Assembly (NCBI GenBank): GCA_039182865.1
Contig: JBCDBX010000001.1
Span: forward strand, 2,239 to 66,238
Source: Pseudomonadota bacterium
GTDB taxonomy: Bacteria; Pseudomonadota; Gammaproteobacteria; UBA4575
Direction of reading: 5' to 3'
DNA: 64,000 bases
The first letter of the stretch is position 1. The number at the start of each line of letters is the position of its first letter. Shown in pieces: positions 7,961 to 19,900 of the stretch. Below the pieces are notes generated by a model, which saw nothing but the letters and a program-made list of their open reading frames with translations, did no database searches and was not told the origin of the DNA. The position numbers and the translations under genes are program-made.

Positions 7961-9706
7961 ATGCTTCTGGATATGCAAATCTATATACCAAGTCAGGACC
8001 CGTTGGCTCATGAAGATTTCGCATTGACACCTCGAAAAGTTAAAAAGTGGATTAAGTCAGCATCACTTGCTGATCCGCAAAAAGCAAGCACGGAATTAAT
8101 CGAACTTATCTCCAATAGCAACCGTGTTACATTCCCAAGCAAGCAGCGCTACGCCTCATTAGAAATATTGGCGCCAATTTGTAAATCAATTTTAGCCCAA
8201 CATAGTAAATCTTTATCTCATCAGACGTTTCCTCTATCAGGAAATGCCGTAAAAAGTCATAATTTTCAGCAATCAATTTTAGCTGAAATAGCAATCTCTT
8301 ATAAGATTATTATTGCTGAAGCTGTGCATGGTGATAACAGTCTCAATCAGAAGAAATTACTATTATCACTTTTCAAGGCTATTTGTTGTTTAAAACAAGA
8401 ATATGTTTCGAGCTTACTAACATATCAAAAAATCTCAGAAAACATCTGGCCTGATATCTGTCAGCTCTATCGTGTTGCAGAATTTTATGATTTTCAAAAT
8501 CGTGTTGTTCAAGATAGAGAGCTTTCAGAAAAAACAACAATCGCAAATATTTTTAAGTATCTATGCTCACTGACCATGATTTCATTCAATAAACTAAGGC
8601 AAGGTGAGGCAAGTGCTATTATAAAATTTTTAAACAAAAACTGTCAGCTAATCGAAATTCAAAGTAATCTTGAGACATTTACTGAAGATTATATTTATCT
8701 TGCTAATTTAGCGACTGGCAAACCGCCTTCGTACTACATACCTAGAGAAGTTCCCATATCTTCAGAGAACCGTTTTGTGCTTTATTCTTTATTCATAAAT
8801 AAACTTTCTGAATTAAAGCAAAAGTATGTGCAGTCTCATTCATACTATCTACACTCTGATGATGAGATTGATCCAGATCTTGCCAATCGTTTAATCGAAA
8901 TGATAGGCAAGCCTACACAAAGAAGCAAAAAGCGCCTAAAAAGCAATCAAAAAGTTAAAGCTATTATTTGCCTAGATAAGATTTTAGAGACTTTAAATCC
9001 TGAACAAGATGAGCCTGATCCCTTAGCTGAAGATTCTTATATTCTACATAGCATGGCCTTGTTACCGATTGAAGAAAAATCAAAAATTATTTTTGATGAA
9101 TCAAAGACAGGAGACAGTCAATGTCTAGATATCTCTCAAAATCTTTCAGATATTTGGGAACATGACTCAGAATTGAATTCTAAGAATGAACAACCTGAAG
9201 AAATAAAAAATAATGATGCCAATGAAACGGGAACCTGGAAAATCGATAACTATAGCTCAGGTGGGTTTTGCCTCACTTATGACACAGATGGAAGTTGCAA
9301 AACACGCGTTGGTGAAATCATCGCTATTCGTGACACAAACAACGCAGATCAAACCATTCAATGGTTAACCGGAACAATTCGGTGGATGCAATGTGATCCA
9401 CAGCATTCAAACCGAATTGGCGTTGAACTATTTGGTGCTGAATGCGCATTTATTACAATACATACTAATAATAATGATTCGACTAAATATCATGGTCTTT
9501 TACTTAAGAAAATTGAAGATAATGAAAAGAAATTTAGCTTGTTAGTCCCTACTCGAGTAAGTTTTGATTCAAATGACATAGTTATACGTGGCAAGAAAAG
9601 TGAACGTAGTGCGATTCTAGGACAAACACTTGAAAAGACTAGCTCTTTTACACATTTTGAAATACTTGAAATAGCGACACAGAATCAAGTTTTAAATAAT
9701 TTATAA
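7961..9706 (+). CDS. 581-aa protein: an approximately 420-aa N-terminal region of unknown function plus a C-terminal non-canonical PilZ domain
   Basis: Residues about 425-500 read KIDNYSSGGFCL ... RVGEIIAIRD ... GTIRWMQ ... RIGVELFG. This matches the PilZ (D/N)xSxxG motif and the beta-barrel core. No RxxxR sits at the canonical -20 to -30 position. The nearest is RSKKR, about 105 aa upstream. Confidence 0.55.
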   Translation: MLLDMQIYIPSQDPLAHEDFALTPRKVKKWIKSASLADPQKASTELIELISNSNRVTFPSKQRYASLEILAPICKSILAQHSKSLSHQTFPLSGNAVKSHNFQQSILAEIAISYKIIIAEAVHGDNSLNQKKLLLSLFKAICCLKQEYVSSLLTYQKISENIWPDICQLYRVAEFYDFQNRVVQDRELSEKTTIANIFKYLCSLTMISFNKLRQGEASAIIKFLNKNCQLIEIQSNLETFTEDYIYLANLATGKPPSYYIPREVPISSENRFVLYSLFINKLSELKQKYVQSHSYYLHSDDEIDPDLANRLIEMIGKPTQRSKKRLKSNQKVKAIICLDKILETLNPEQDEPDPLAEDSYILHSMALLPIEEKSKIIFDESKTGDSQCLDISQNLSDIWEHDSELNSKNEQPEEIKNNDANETGTWKIDNYSSGGFCLTYDTDGSCKTRVGEIIAIRDTNNADQTIQWLTGTIRWMQCDPQHSNRIGVELFGAECAFITIHTNNNDSTKYHGLLLKKIEDNEKKFSLLVPTRVSFDSNDIVIRGKKSERSAILGQTLEKTSSFTHFEILEIATQNQVLNNL

Positions 9707-9718
9707 GCAGTATGCAGT

Positions 9719-11794
9719 ATGGATGAAGTATTAAAATTATTAGTACTTAGCAATAATGCTAACAATGCAGATGATATTATCAGAACTGCCAAGTCTTCAG
9801 GGTTTGCAGTTCGTGATACTATTGTGTCATCCAAAGATGAGTTTTCTGACATATGCTCTTTTGTAGAACAATTCCATATTGCCATTATTTCTGATGACTT
9901 TGACCAGCTTAGCATTAATGAAGTTAGCTCTAGCCTCAAAAGTGATGAACATTATGTATCACTCATTGCACTCAGCAATAATATTGCAGAGACTCAAGCT
10001 GAATCGATGTCAAATGGAGCTGATGCCGTTATCCCTGCAGATGATAAATCACAGCTGACACATGCAATTACACAAATTGCAAAAACTGAATTATATATTC
10101 AGAATCTGCAATCCAAATCAGATGCATATGAGGATTTAAATCAACGCTACCAAAAAATTCTTAATATTTCGCAAGACGCTATTTGTTATATCCATGAAGG
10201 CTTGCACACCTATGTTAATAAATCCTACCTGAAATTATTTGGCATTGAGGATATGGAAGATGCAAGCGCTCTTTCGATTCTTGAACTTGTCAGCCCTGAG
10301 GATCATGATAACTTAAAAAATATTTTAAAAGACGTCCATAAAAATCAAAACTCAGGCGACACTAAGCTAAATTTTAAAACTCAAAATAAAACACAGATTC
10401 TTCAAGCAACTTATGACCCAGTACTTGTTGAAGGAGAAATTTGTGCACAATTTGTTATTCATTGGGAAATAGAAAGCTCTGAAGAGTTGCAGGAACAGAT
10501 TAGTTATATCTCTGAAAGAGATCTTGAGACTGGCTTCTTTCATAGAAAGTCTATCATCGATAAATTACAAGAAGTTTTAAAACCAGACCGCAGTGAATTA
10601 GTCACACACACATTTGTACAAATCGATATAGCAAACCTTGATTACATTCAAGACCAACAAGGCGTTATTGCATTGGACCAGCTTAGCACACATATTGCGG
10701 ATACACTTCAGTCATCTTGTGATGGTGAAGATCTGCTAGCAAAAATCACGGACAAGTCTTATGGCATCCTCACGGATATTACTGACAGTGAGCAGTTAAT
10801 TTTATTTGGAGAGAAATTACGTGAGAGATTTGATGATAATCCTTTAAAAGTTAATGGCATCACCATCGAGCCTAAATTTTATATTGGTGCTGTTCATTTA
10901 GATGAAATGATCGAACAAGCCTCAGATGCGCTTGCTGCCTCTAAGCAGGCTTGTGACCACGCTAGCGAGCATGACCTTAATGAACTCTATTTATATCAAA
11001 GAGACCCTGCAACACTCACAGGAACAATGCTTGATCAAAAATGGGCAAATGAATTACAAGAAGCTATTGATGAGAATCGACTTAAACTTCAATTCCAACC
11101 GATTATTAGTACCAATAACGATAATATTGATCGCTATCAAGTTTATACTCAACTAATTAGTAGAGAAGGCACCAAAATTTCAGTTGCTGGGATTTTGCCC
11201 AGTATTGAACGCTCTGGTGTCTCTTCCATGTTTGATCGATGGGTCGTTGATTTATCATTGATCAAACTTGCCGAGCATACGCAACATAATCCGAATTCAC
11301 AGTTCTTTGTTAAGTTAACCGCAGGTGCGGTATCTGATGCTTCATTTATTCCATGGCTTAGCAAAAAGTGTACTAGTCGAGGCGTTGATCCTGAGAGAGT
11401 GATATTTGATTTGCGTGAAGATGTGGCTATCAATAATTTAAAAGAAACGAGATCATTCTCTACAGAACTCAAGAAACTTGGTTTCCAAATTGCAATTGAT
11501 TCATTCGGCATTGGGCAAGACCCCAGCAAAATACTGACCATGGTTCCTGCGGCTTATTTAAAACTAAGCTTTCAGTTAGTCTCTGGGATTAAAGACAATG
11601 ATGAGGAAAAAATTCAAGCCATCAGAAATATCTGCGAGGCCGCGAGTAATTCCGGTACCAAGATAGTAGCGCAGTTTGTAGAAAACGCAGAAGTCTTATC
11701 ACAATTATGGACAATGAATATTGACTATATAAGCGGTGATTTTTTCTGCAAAGTGGGTGCAAGCTTAGAGTACGACTTTTCAAGCGCTGCCTAG
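9719..11794 (+). CDS. FimX-like degenerate c-di-GMP protein: REC-like / PAS / GGDEF-like / EAL-like
   Basis: 691 aa. REC-like N-terminus with the acidic pair replaced (LLVLSNN). PAS (ICYIHEGLHTYVNKSYLKLFGIE). GGDEF fold starting ERDLETGFFHR, with the A-site GG(D/E)EF position reading TDKSYG. EAL fold (LQFQPIIS...) with EAL replaced by QVY and DDFGTG replaced by DSFGIG. The C-terminal (V)AEGVE and QGY positions read VAQFVE and SGDFF. Confidence 0.75.
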   Translation: MDEVLKLLVLSNNANNADDIIRTAKSSGFAVRDTIVSSKDEFSDICSFVEQFHIAIISDDFDQLSINEVSSSLKSDEHYVSLIALSNNIAETQAESMSNGADAVIPADDKSQLTHAITQIAKTELYIQNLQSKSDAYEDLNQRYQKILNISQDAICYIHEGLHTYVNKSYLKLFGIEDMEDASALSILELVSPEDHDNLKNILKDVHKNQNSGDTKLNFKTQNKTQILQATYDPVLVEGEICAQFVIHWEIESSEELQEQISYISERDLETGFFHRKSIIDKLQEVLKPDRSELVTHTFVQIDIANLDYIQDQQGVIALDQLSTHIADTLQSSCDGEDLLAKITDKSYGILTDITDSEQLILFGEKLRERFDDNPLKVNGITIEPKFYIGAVHLDEMIEQASDALAASKQACDHASEHDLNELYLYQRDPATLTGTMLDQKWANELQEAIDENRLKLQFQPIISTNNDNIDRYQVYTQLISREGTKISVAGILPSIERSGVSSMFDRWVVDLSLIKLAEHTQHNPNSQFFVKLTAGAVSDASFIPWLSKKCTSRGVDPERVIFDLREDVAINNLKETRSFSTELKKLGFQIAIDSFGIGQDPSKILTMVPAAYLKLSFQLVSGIKDNDEEKIQAIRNICEAASNSGTKIVAQFVENAEVLSQLWTMNIDYISGDFFCKVGASLEYDFSSAA

Positions 11795-12675
11795 TTTTTT
11801 TCAAGAGCGGCAATTCTTTGCTCCAGTGGTGGATGCGACATCAATAAGCTTTTTAAGCCACTTGCGATTCCACCTGAAATTCCAAATGCTGCCATCTCTC
11901 CTGGCAAATCTTGAGGCTCGTGCACAGACTGTAAACGTCGCAACGCACTGATCATCTTCTGCTTACCTGCCAAACTAGCACCTCCAGCATCCGCACGAAA
12001 CTCACGTTTACGAGAGAACCAGCTCGCAATGATCGCGGCAACAATTCCCAAAATTAACTCTGCAACAATACTACCAATGAAATAACCAGGCCCAATCCCT
12101 CTCTCAACCTTAAATACGACGCGATCAACCAACATGCCAATAATGCGTGAGAAGAAAATGACGAATGTATTTAGCACACCTTGTAGTAACCCCATCGTTA
12201 CCATATCTCCGTTCGCTACATGGCTAACTTCGTGACCAAGTACTGCCTCAACTTCATCTTGATTCATGGATTGCATGAGTCCCGTACTGACTGCAACGAG
12301 TGCATCATTCTTTTTCATCCCAGTAGCAAATGCATTAGGTTGCGGTGAATCAAACACTCCAACTTCTGGCATACCGATACCTGCCTGTTCTGCTTGGGTT
12401 TTAACCGTATCTAATAACCAACGTTCAGTATTATTTTTCGGCGTTTCAATTATTTGAACACCCATGCTTTTCTTAGCCATCCATTTAGATGCTGCTAAAG
12501 AAATAAAGGACCCACCAAATCCGAAGATCAAAGCCATAATTAAGAGACCGTTCATTTGCCCCATCATGCCTTGTTCAGCAAGCCATTGATCCAAACCTAG
12601 TACGCGCGCGGAAACGCTAAGCACCGCAAGCACACTAAAGTTTGCTAATAAAAATAAGCCTATTCTTGAAAACAT
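11791..12675 (-). CDS. htpX: Zn-dependent heat-shock protease HtpX
   Basis: HEVSHVANGD HExxH motif, four TM segments, and HtpX-like throughout. Confidence 0.9.
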   Translation of the reverse strand: MFSRIGLFLLANFSVLAVLSVSARVLGLDQWLAEQGMMGQMNGLLIMALIFGFGGSFISLAASKWMAKKSMGVQIIETPKNNTERWLLDTVKTQAEQAGIGMPEVGVFDSPQPNAFATGMKKNDALVAVSTGLMQSMNQDEVEAVLGHEVSHVANGDMVTMGLLQGVLNTFVIFFSRIIGMLVDRVVFKVERGIGPGYFIGSIVAELILGIVAAIIASWFSRKREFRADAGGASLAGKQKMISALRRLQSVHEPQDLPGEMAAFGISGGIASGLKSLLMSHPPLEQRIAALEKN

Positions 12676-12752
12676 GATTGCCCCTGTAACAGATCCATAG
12701 CACTATAAGATAATGACTAAATTTTACAATTCAATAACACAGGTAGCATGGT

Positions 12753-15014
12753 TTATTCTTCATGCATATCGACAATAATGCGGTCCACTGCACGATAACC
12801 ACGTGGCAACTTCAAACCACGACGTCCCCGCTCACCTGCATACTCATCAACTTCTTCACCTTTCATCACTTTATACTTCTTACCGCAGTATAAAGTAATC
12901 GGCTCATCATCCTGTACAAGCACAACATGAGTTACGGTTTCCTCACCCGCTTTTAATTTTGCAGCGGGTATGTTGATGAATTTAATGCCTTTACCTTTAG
13001 ACATCAATGGGAACTCAGCAAGTTCTGTCACTAACATATAACCCTCAGAAGCAATTGCCACAATCCAATCATCTTCATGAGAACGAACTCTCACAGGAGG
13101 AAGTACTGTTGCGCCAGCTGGTACATTCAGCACACGCTTACCTGCTTTATTGCGTGAATATAAATCCTCTAATTTGCAGATGAATCCATAGCCAAAGTTA
13201 GTCGCTAAGAAATATAGACTGTCCGGTGCGCCTAGCATGGCTCCGACAAAAGACGCTCCATCGGCTGGATTAAAACGAGCTGTTAAAGCTTCTCCTTGCC
13301 CCCGCGCAGAAGGCAAGCTATGTGTTGCTAGCGTATAAGCTTTACCTTGTGAATCTAAAAATACGGCTTGCTGATTACTCTTGCCTAATGCATGAGCCTG
13401 GTATTCATCACCTGATTTATAATTCATTGCAAGAGGGTCAACATCATGGCCTTTTGCAGCTCTCACCCAACCACGTTGGGATAAAATAACAGTACTTAGC
13501 TCCGCTGGCATTAACTGAGTTTCGTCTAATTGTTGCGCGACAGGCCTTTGAGCTAACCCAGAACGCCTATCATCACCATAAGTCTCAGCATCTTCTAACA
13601 ACTCTGTTCGAACTAATTTTTTAAGCCTTATTTTAGAGTTTAATGTTTTCTCTAGAGTGTCTCGTTCCTCAGCGAGCTCCTTAGCTTCTGATTTAATTTT
13701 GATTTCTTCGAGTTTAGCTAGACGACGTAACTTTATTTCTAAGATTGCTTCAGTCTGGATATCACTTAATTTAAACCGCTTCATCAAGACAGGCTTTGGC
13801 TCATCTTCAGATCGTATGATAGCAATGATCTCATCTATATTGAGATAAGCGATCAATAAGCCCTCCAGAATATGCAAACGCTCATTGACACGATCCAAGC
13901 GCCATTGCAATCGACGCGTCACCGTGGCGGTACGAAACTCCAACCATTCTTTTAATAAACTGCGCAGATCTTTTACTTGTGGCCGACCATTAATACCAAT
14001 GACATTAAGATTAACGCGATAAGTTTTTTCCAGATCAGTAGTCGCAAACAAGTGCAGCATTAAAGCTTCCACATCAACACGATTGCTACGAGGTACAATG
14101 ACTAGGCGAACAGGATTTTCATGATCAGACTCATCACGCAAGTCATCCACCATAGGCAGCTTCTTAGAATTCATCTGCTGAGCAATTTGCTCTTGTACAC
14201 GCGCACCTGATACTTGATATGGCAGCGCAGTAATGACTATTCCATCAGTTTCTTTTTCGTAAATTGCACGTGCTCGCACTTGCCCTGTGCCTGTCTCATA
14301 TATAGCACGAATTTCTTCAGGGCTCGAAATGATTTCTGCTTGCGTCGGGTAATCAGGCGCCTGGATATGCTCACACAACTCTGCAATCGTGGATTTAGGT
14401 GCATCTAATAAACGCACGCAAGCCGACACAACTTCGCGAATATTATGCGGAGGAATGTCGGTCGACATACCAACTGCAATACCCATTCCTCCATTTAATA
14501 AAATATTAGGCAAGCGTGCAGGCAACACAACGGGTTCTTCTAGAGTCCCGTCAAAGTTTGGTACCCAATCAACTGTGCCTTGACCTAGTTCTTGTAACAA
14601 TGATTTTGCATAAGGCGTTAGCTTTGATTCTGTATAACGCATGGCGGCAAAAGATTTAGGATCATCCGTTGAACCCCAATTACCCTGACCATCAACTAAG
14701 GGATAACGATAAGAAAAAGGTTGCGCCATTAACACCATCGCTTCATAGCATGCAGAATCACCATGCGGATGAAACTTACCAATGACATCGCCGACTGTGC
14801 GTGCTGATTTTTTTGGCTTTGATGTGGCAGACAAACCAAGCTCAGACATTGCATACACAATTCTTCTTTGTACCGGTTTTAATCCATCTCCTATTTGCGG
14901 TAACGCGCGATCCAATATCACATACATCGAATAATCGAGGTAAGCTTTCTCAGAGAAATCACGTAATGGAAGTCGCTCTATGTCACCATAATCGAATTCT
15001 AGATTTTCACTCAT
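12753..15014 (-). CDS. parC: DNA topoisomerase IV subunit A
   Basis: 753 aa, colinear with E. coli ParC. The catalytic Tyr region is ...AAMRYTE.... Confidence 0.95.
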   Translation of the reverse strand: MSENLEFDYGDIERLPLRDFSEKAYLDYSMYVILDRALPQIGDGLKPVQRRIVYAMSELGLSATSKPKKSARTVGDVIGKFHPHGDSACYEAMVLMAQPFSYRYPLVDGQGNWGSTDDPKSFAAMRYTESKLTPYAKSLLQELGQGTVDWVPNFDGTLEEPVVLPARLPNILLNGGMGIAVGMSTDIPPHNIREVVSACVRLLDAPKSTIAELCEHIQAPDYPTQAEIISSPEEIRAIYETGTGQVRARAIYEKETDGIVITALPYQVSGARVQEQIAQQMNSKKLPMVDDLRDESDHENPVRLVIVPRSNRVDVEALMLHLFATTDLEKTYRVNLNVIGINGRPQVKDLRSLLKEWLEFRTATVTRRLQWRLDRVNERLHILEGLLIAYLNIDEIIAIIRSEDEPKPVLMKRFKLSDIQTEAILEIKLRRLAKLEEIKIKSEAKELAEERDTLEKTLNSKIRLKKLVRTELLEDAETYGDDRRSGLAQRPVAQQLDETQLMPAELSTVILSQRGWVRAAKGHDVDPLAMNYKSGDEYQAHALGKSNQQAVFLDSQGKAYTLATHSLPSARGQGEALTARFNPADGASFVGAMLGAPDSLYFLATNFGYGFICKLEDLYSRNKAGKRVLNVPAGATVLPPVRVRSHEDDWIVAIASEGYMLVTELAEFPLMSKGKGIKFINIPAAKLKAGEETVTHVVLVQDDEPITLYCGKKYKVMKGEEVDEYAGERGRRGLKLPRGYRAVDRIIVDMHEE

Positions 15015-15032
15015 AATAATTGCTCTTTAGTT

Positions 15033-16964
<1,932 letters not shown>

Positions 16965-16993
16965 CTATCCGATAACGAAATATCTATCTAACT

Positions 16994-19900
16994 ATGTCAA
17001 TTTTAGACGCGTCAACTCACCCAAAACAAAATGCAAACATATTTGCATCGGCAGGATCAGGTAAGACATGGTTACTAATTACACGTATTTGTCGTCTATT
17101 GCTTGACGGTGTCGAACCACAGCATATTTTAGCCATTACCTTCACACGAAAAAGTGCGGCGGAAATGCGCGCAAGGCTCTTCGAAAAATTAGCCTTTTGG
17201 GCTACGTGCAATGAGCATGAATTACTAGAAGATCTGAAAAATATTGGCGAGCAGTCCCGCACGCAAAATATCATGACCGCAAGGTCTTTATATGAGAAGT
17301 GCTTATTCTACGATCAATCGATTCGTATCAGCACATTTCATTCATTTTGTGAAGAAGTCATACGAGCATTTCCACTAGAGAGCGAATTGCCCAATTCATT
17401 CGAGTTAACAGAACATTATCAGCTCTATGCTAATCAGGCATGGCAACAACTTTTAAAAGCAAGTGAAAAGAATGAAAAGCTGAAAGATGCCTTACAAACT
17501 TTATATAAATATTGTTTTGGCTTAAAAGGTGCTCAAAGAGCATTAATGTGTTTCTTGGATACTCGCAGCGAATGGCACGCGTACACACAAAGACATGAAG
17601 ACCCTGCAAACTTCGCTTACCAGACATTGTTAAGCGTGATTGGGAACGAAAAAGAAAATGAGGGTAACCTCTTCATCAGCAACAAGTGCAAAACTGATTT
17701 ACAGCGTTATCAACAGATTTTACGTACCAGCCCGACAAAAACATATTTATCTTGGGCTGATAAACTGGAACAATATTTCGATCTTAAGCTCACTGATCAG
17801 TCAGTATGCTTGAAGAAACTTACAGAAATACTTCTAACAGCCAAAAATGAATTACGCAAACTCACTATTAGCAAGAAATGGCAATCATTGTTGAGTGAGG
17901 ATGATTACTTACATCTAACAGATACGCATAGCCATATAGGCGCAATTCTACTAAATGCTATAGAAACTCAAAAACATAATGAATTACTTCATGCTAATAA
18001 AGCATGGTTTTACGCCGGCGAGCAACTACTCAAGCATTATCAACACGTCAAGTTCTCGCAAGGAGTAATTGACTTTAGCGATCTTGAATGGGAAACCTTC
18101 CGCTTATTGCAATTCGAGCATAATGTAGAATGGATACACTATAAATTAGGTCAAAGAATTCGGCATTTCTTAGTCGATGAATTTCAAGACACCAATCCGA
18201 TTCAATGGCATTTACTAAAGCCTTTAATTGAAGCCTCACAGGAGCAATACGAAGGTGACTCTAATAGTCTATTTTTAGTAGGTGATATTAAACAATCCAT
18301 CTATCGCTTTCGAGGCGCTAACCCTGAAATCCAAAGTCTTGCATCGCAGTGGTCACAATCCGCGCTGAACAGCAACGAGCTTAACAACAATCATTCCTGG
18401 CGATCCTCTCCTGCGATAATAAATCTTGTTAACGAGATATTCTCTTCTGAGTTAATGAAAAAATCTTTTCCATCTTTCCAACCTCATAGCTGTGAGCATG
18501 AGAATCGTTGGGGAATGATAAAAATCTTCCCGTTAATTCCAATTGAACAGCAACAAACTCAAGAAAAATTTCGCAATCCTTTAACGACGCCTTTTAAAGA
18601 CAACGAAGAGACCGTACATTTCCATGAAGGTTGCCTGATTGCTGAAGAAATTCAGAAATTAATTGCCGACAAAACACCAATATATGACGAAAATTCAATT
18701 TACTCAGCAAGCTATAGCGATATACTCATTCTCACACGCAATCGCTCACATCTAAAAGATATTAAAGCAGGATTGCTCCAGGCACATATTCCATTTAATA
18801 GTCGAGATGGCAATTATCTACTCGAATATCTGGAAGTCAAAGACATCTTGTCATTGCTGCAAGTATTGATAGATCCTTATAATGATTTAAAGCTTGCGCA
18901 AGTATTGCGATCCCCTATTTTTAGCATATCTGATGAAGATTTAATTGCGCTTAGAACAGCCGAAGCCGAAATCTGGATGGATAAGCTTGTACAAATTGCT
19001 GAAACGAAAGAATCAAATCATCCTCTCCACACAGCTATCTCTAAAATTAAAGACTGGCAAAATTTAGTCGACCACATTCCTGTGCATGATTTAATGAGTC
19101 ATATATTTAAATCCAGAGACATCATAAGTCGCTATCGAGATAGTGTTGATCAATTTGAAGCTGAACACGTAAGTAGTCGACTGAATCAATTGTTACATCA
19201 GTGTCTGGAGCTAGACAGTGGAAGATATTCAAGTGTTTCACGATTTCTACATAAAATAAAAATGATCAACCCTGAAGTGATACTGGATTCAGGTGAAGAT
19301 TCTATCAATAGAGTTGAAATAATGACGGTACATGGCGCTAAGGGTCTGGAAGCACCGATTGTTTTTATTGCGGATATTGGCCCTAATCACGAACGACCCG
19401 AGCAATTCAGAGCCTTATCCAACTGGCCTGCAGAATCAAATGCACCACTCTCTATCATGTTAACCACCAGCAAAAATAATATGAGTGAAGCAGCTTTATC
19501 ATTTAAAAATGCTATTGAACAAAATGATGAGGATCTAAACTTGTTGTATGTTGCACTGACACGCGCTAAACAAATCATGATTATGACCGGATCACAATCG
19601 AAAAGAGCAACTCCTTGTTGGTATGATCAACTAAGCCAGGCATTAAATCTAGCCGATGATGAAATTTACCAAAAAGAACATCTATCAAAACCGCCGCTCA
19701 CTCAAACAACACCAACAATCACTGAGAGTAAAACTATAGAAATTTCAAATAGATTACTCCAGCCTATTTCTGAGCCTTTAAAAAACAAATCTGCTATTTT
19801 GAATACAAATACATCTACACGTGAAGGCATCATTATTCATAAATTACTTGAGATACTTTCGACTACTCATGACTTAAATGACCAAGGACTACTTAACCGG

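Noticed and set aside
11149-11541. 130-aa minus-strand ORF inside the FimX-like gene
   Set aside because: Shadow ORF. The plus-strand frame carries coherent EAL-fold motifs.
9719-11794. Possibility that the GGDEF*-EAL* protein is LapD, the partner of the LapG-like protease
   Set aside because: LapD has two TM helices, a periplasmic domain and HAMP. This protein has a REC-like plus PAS N-terminus and no TM segment, which is the FimX architecture.
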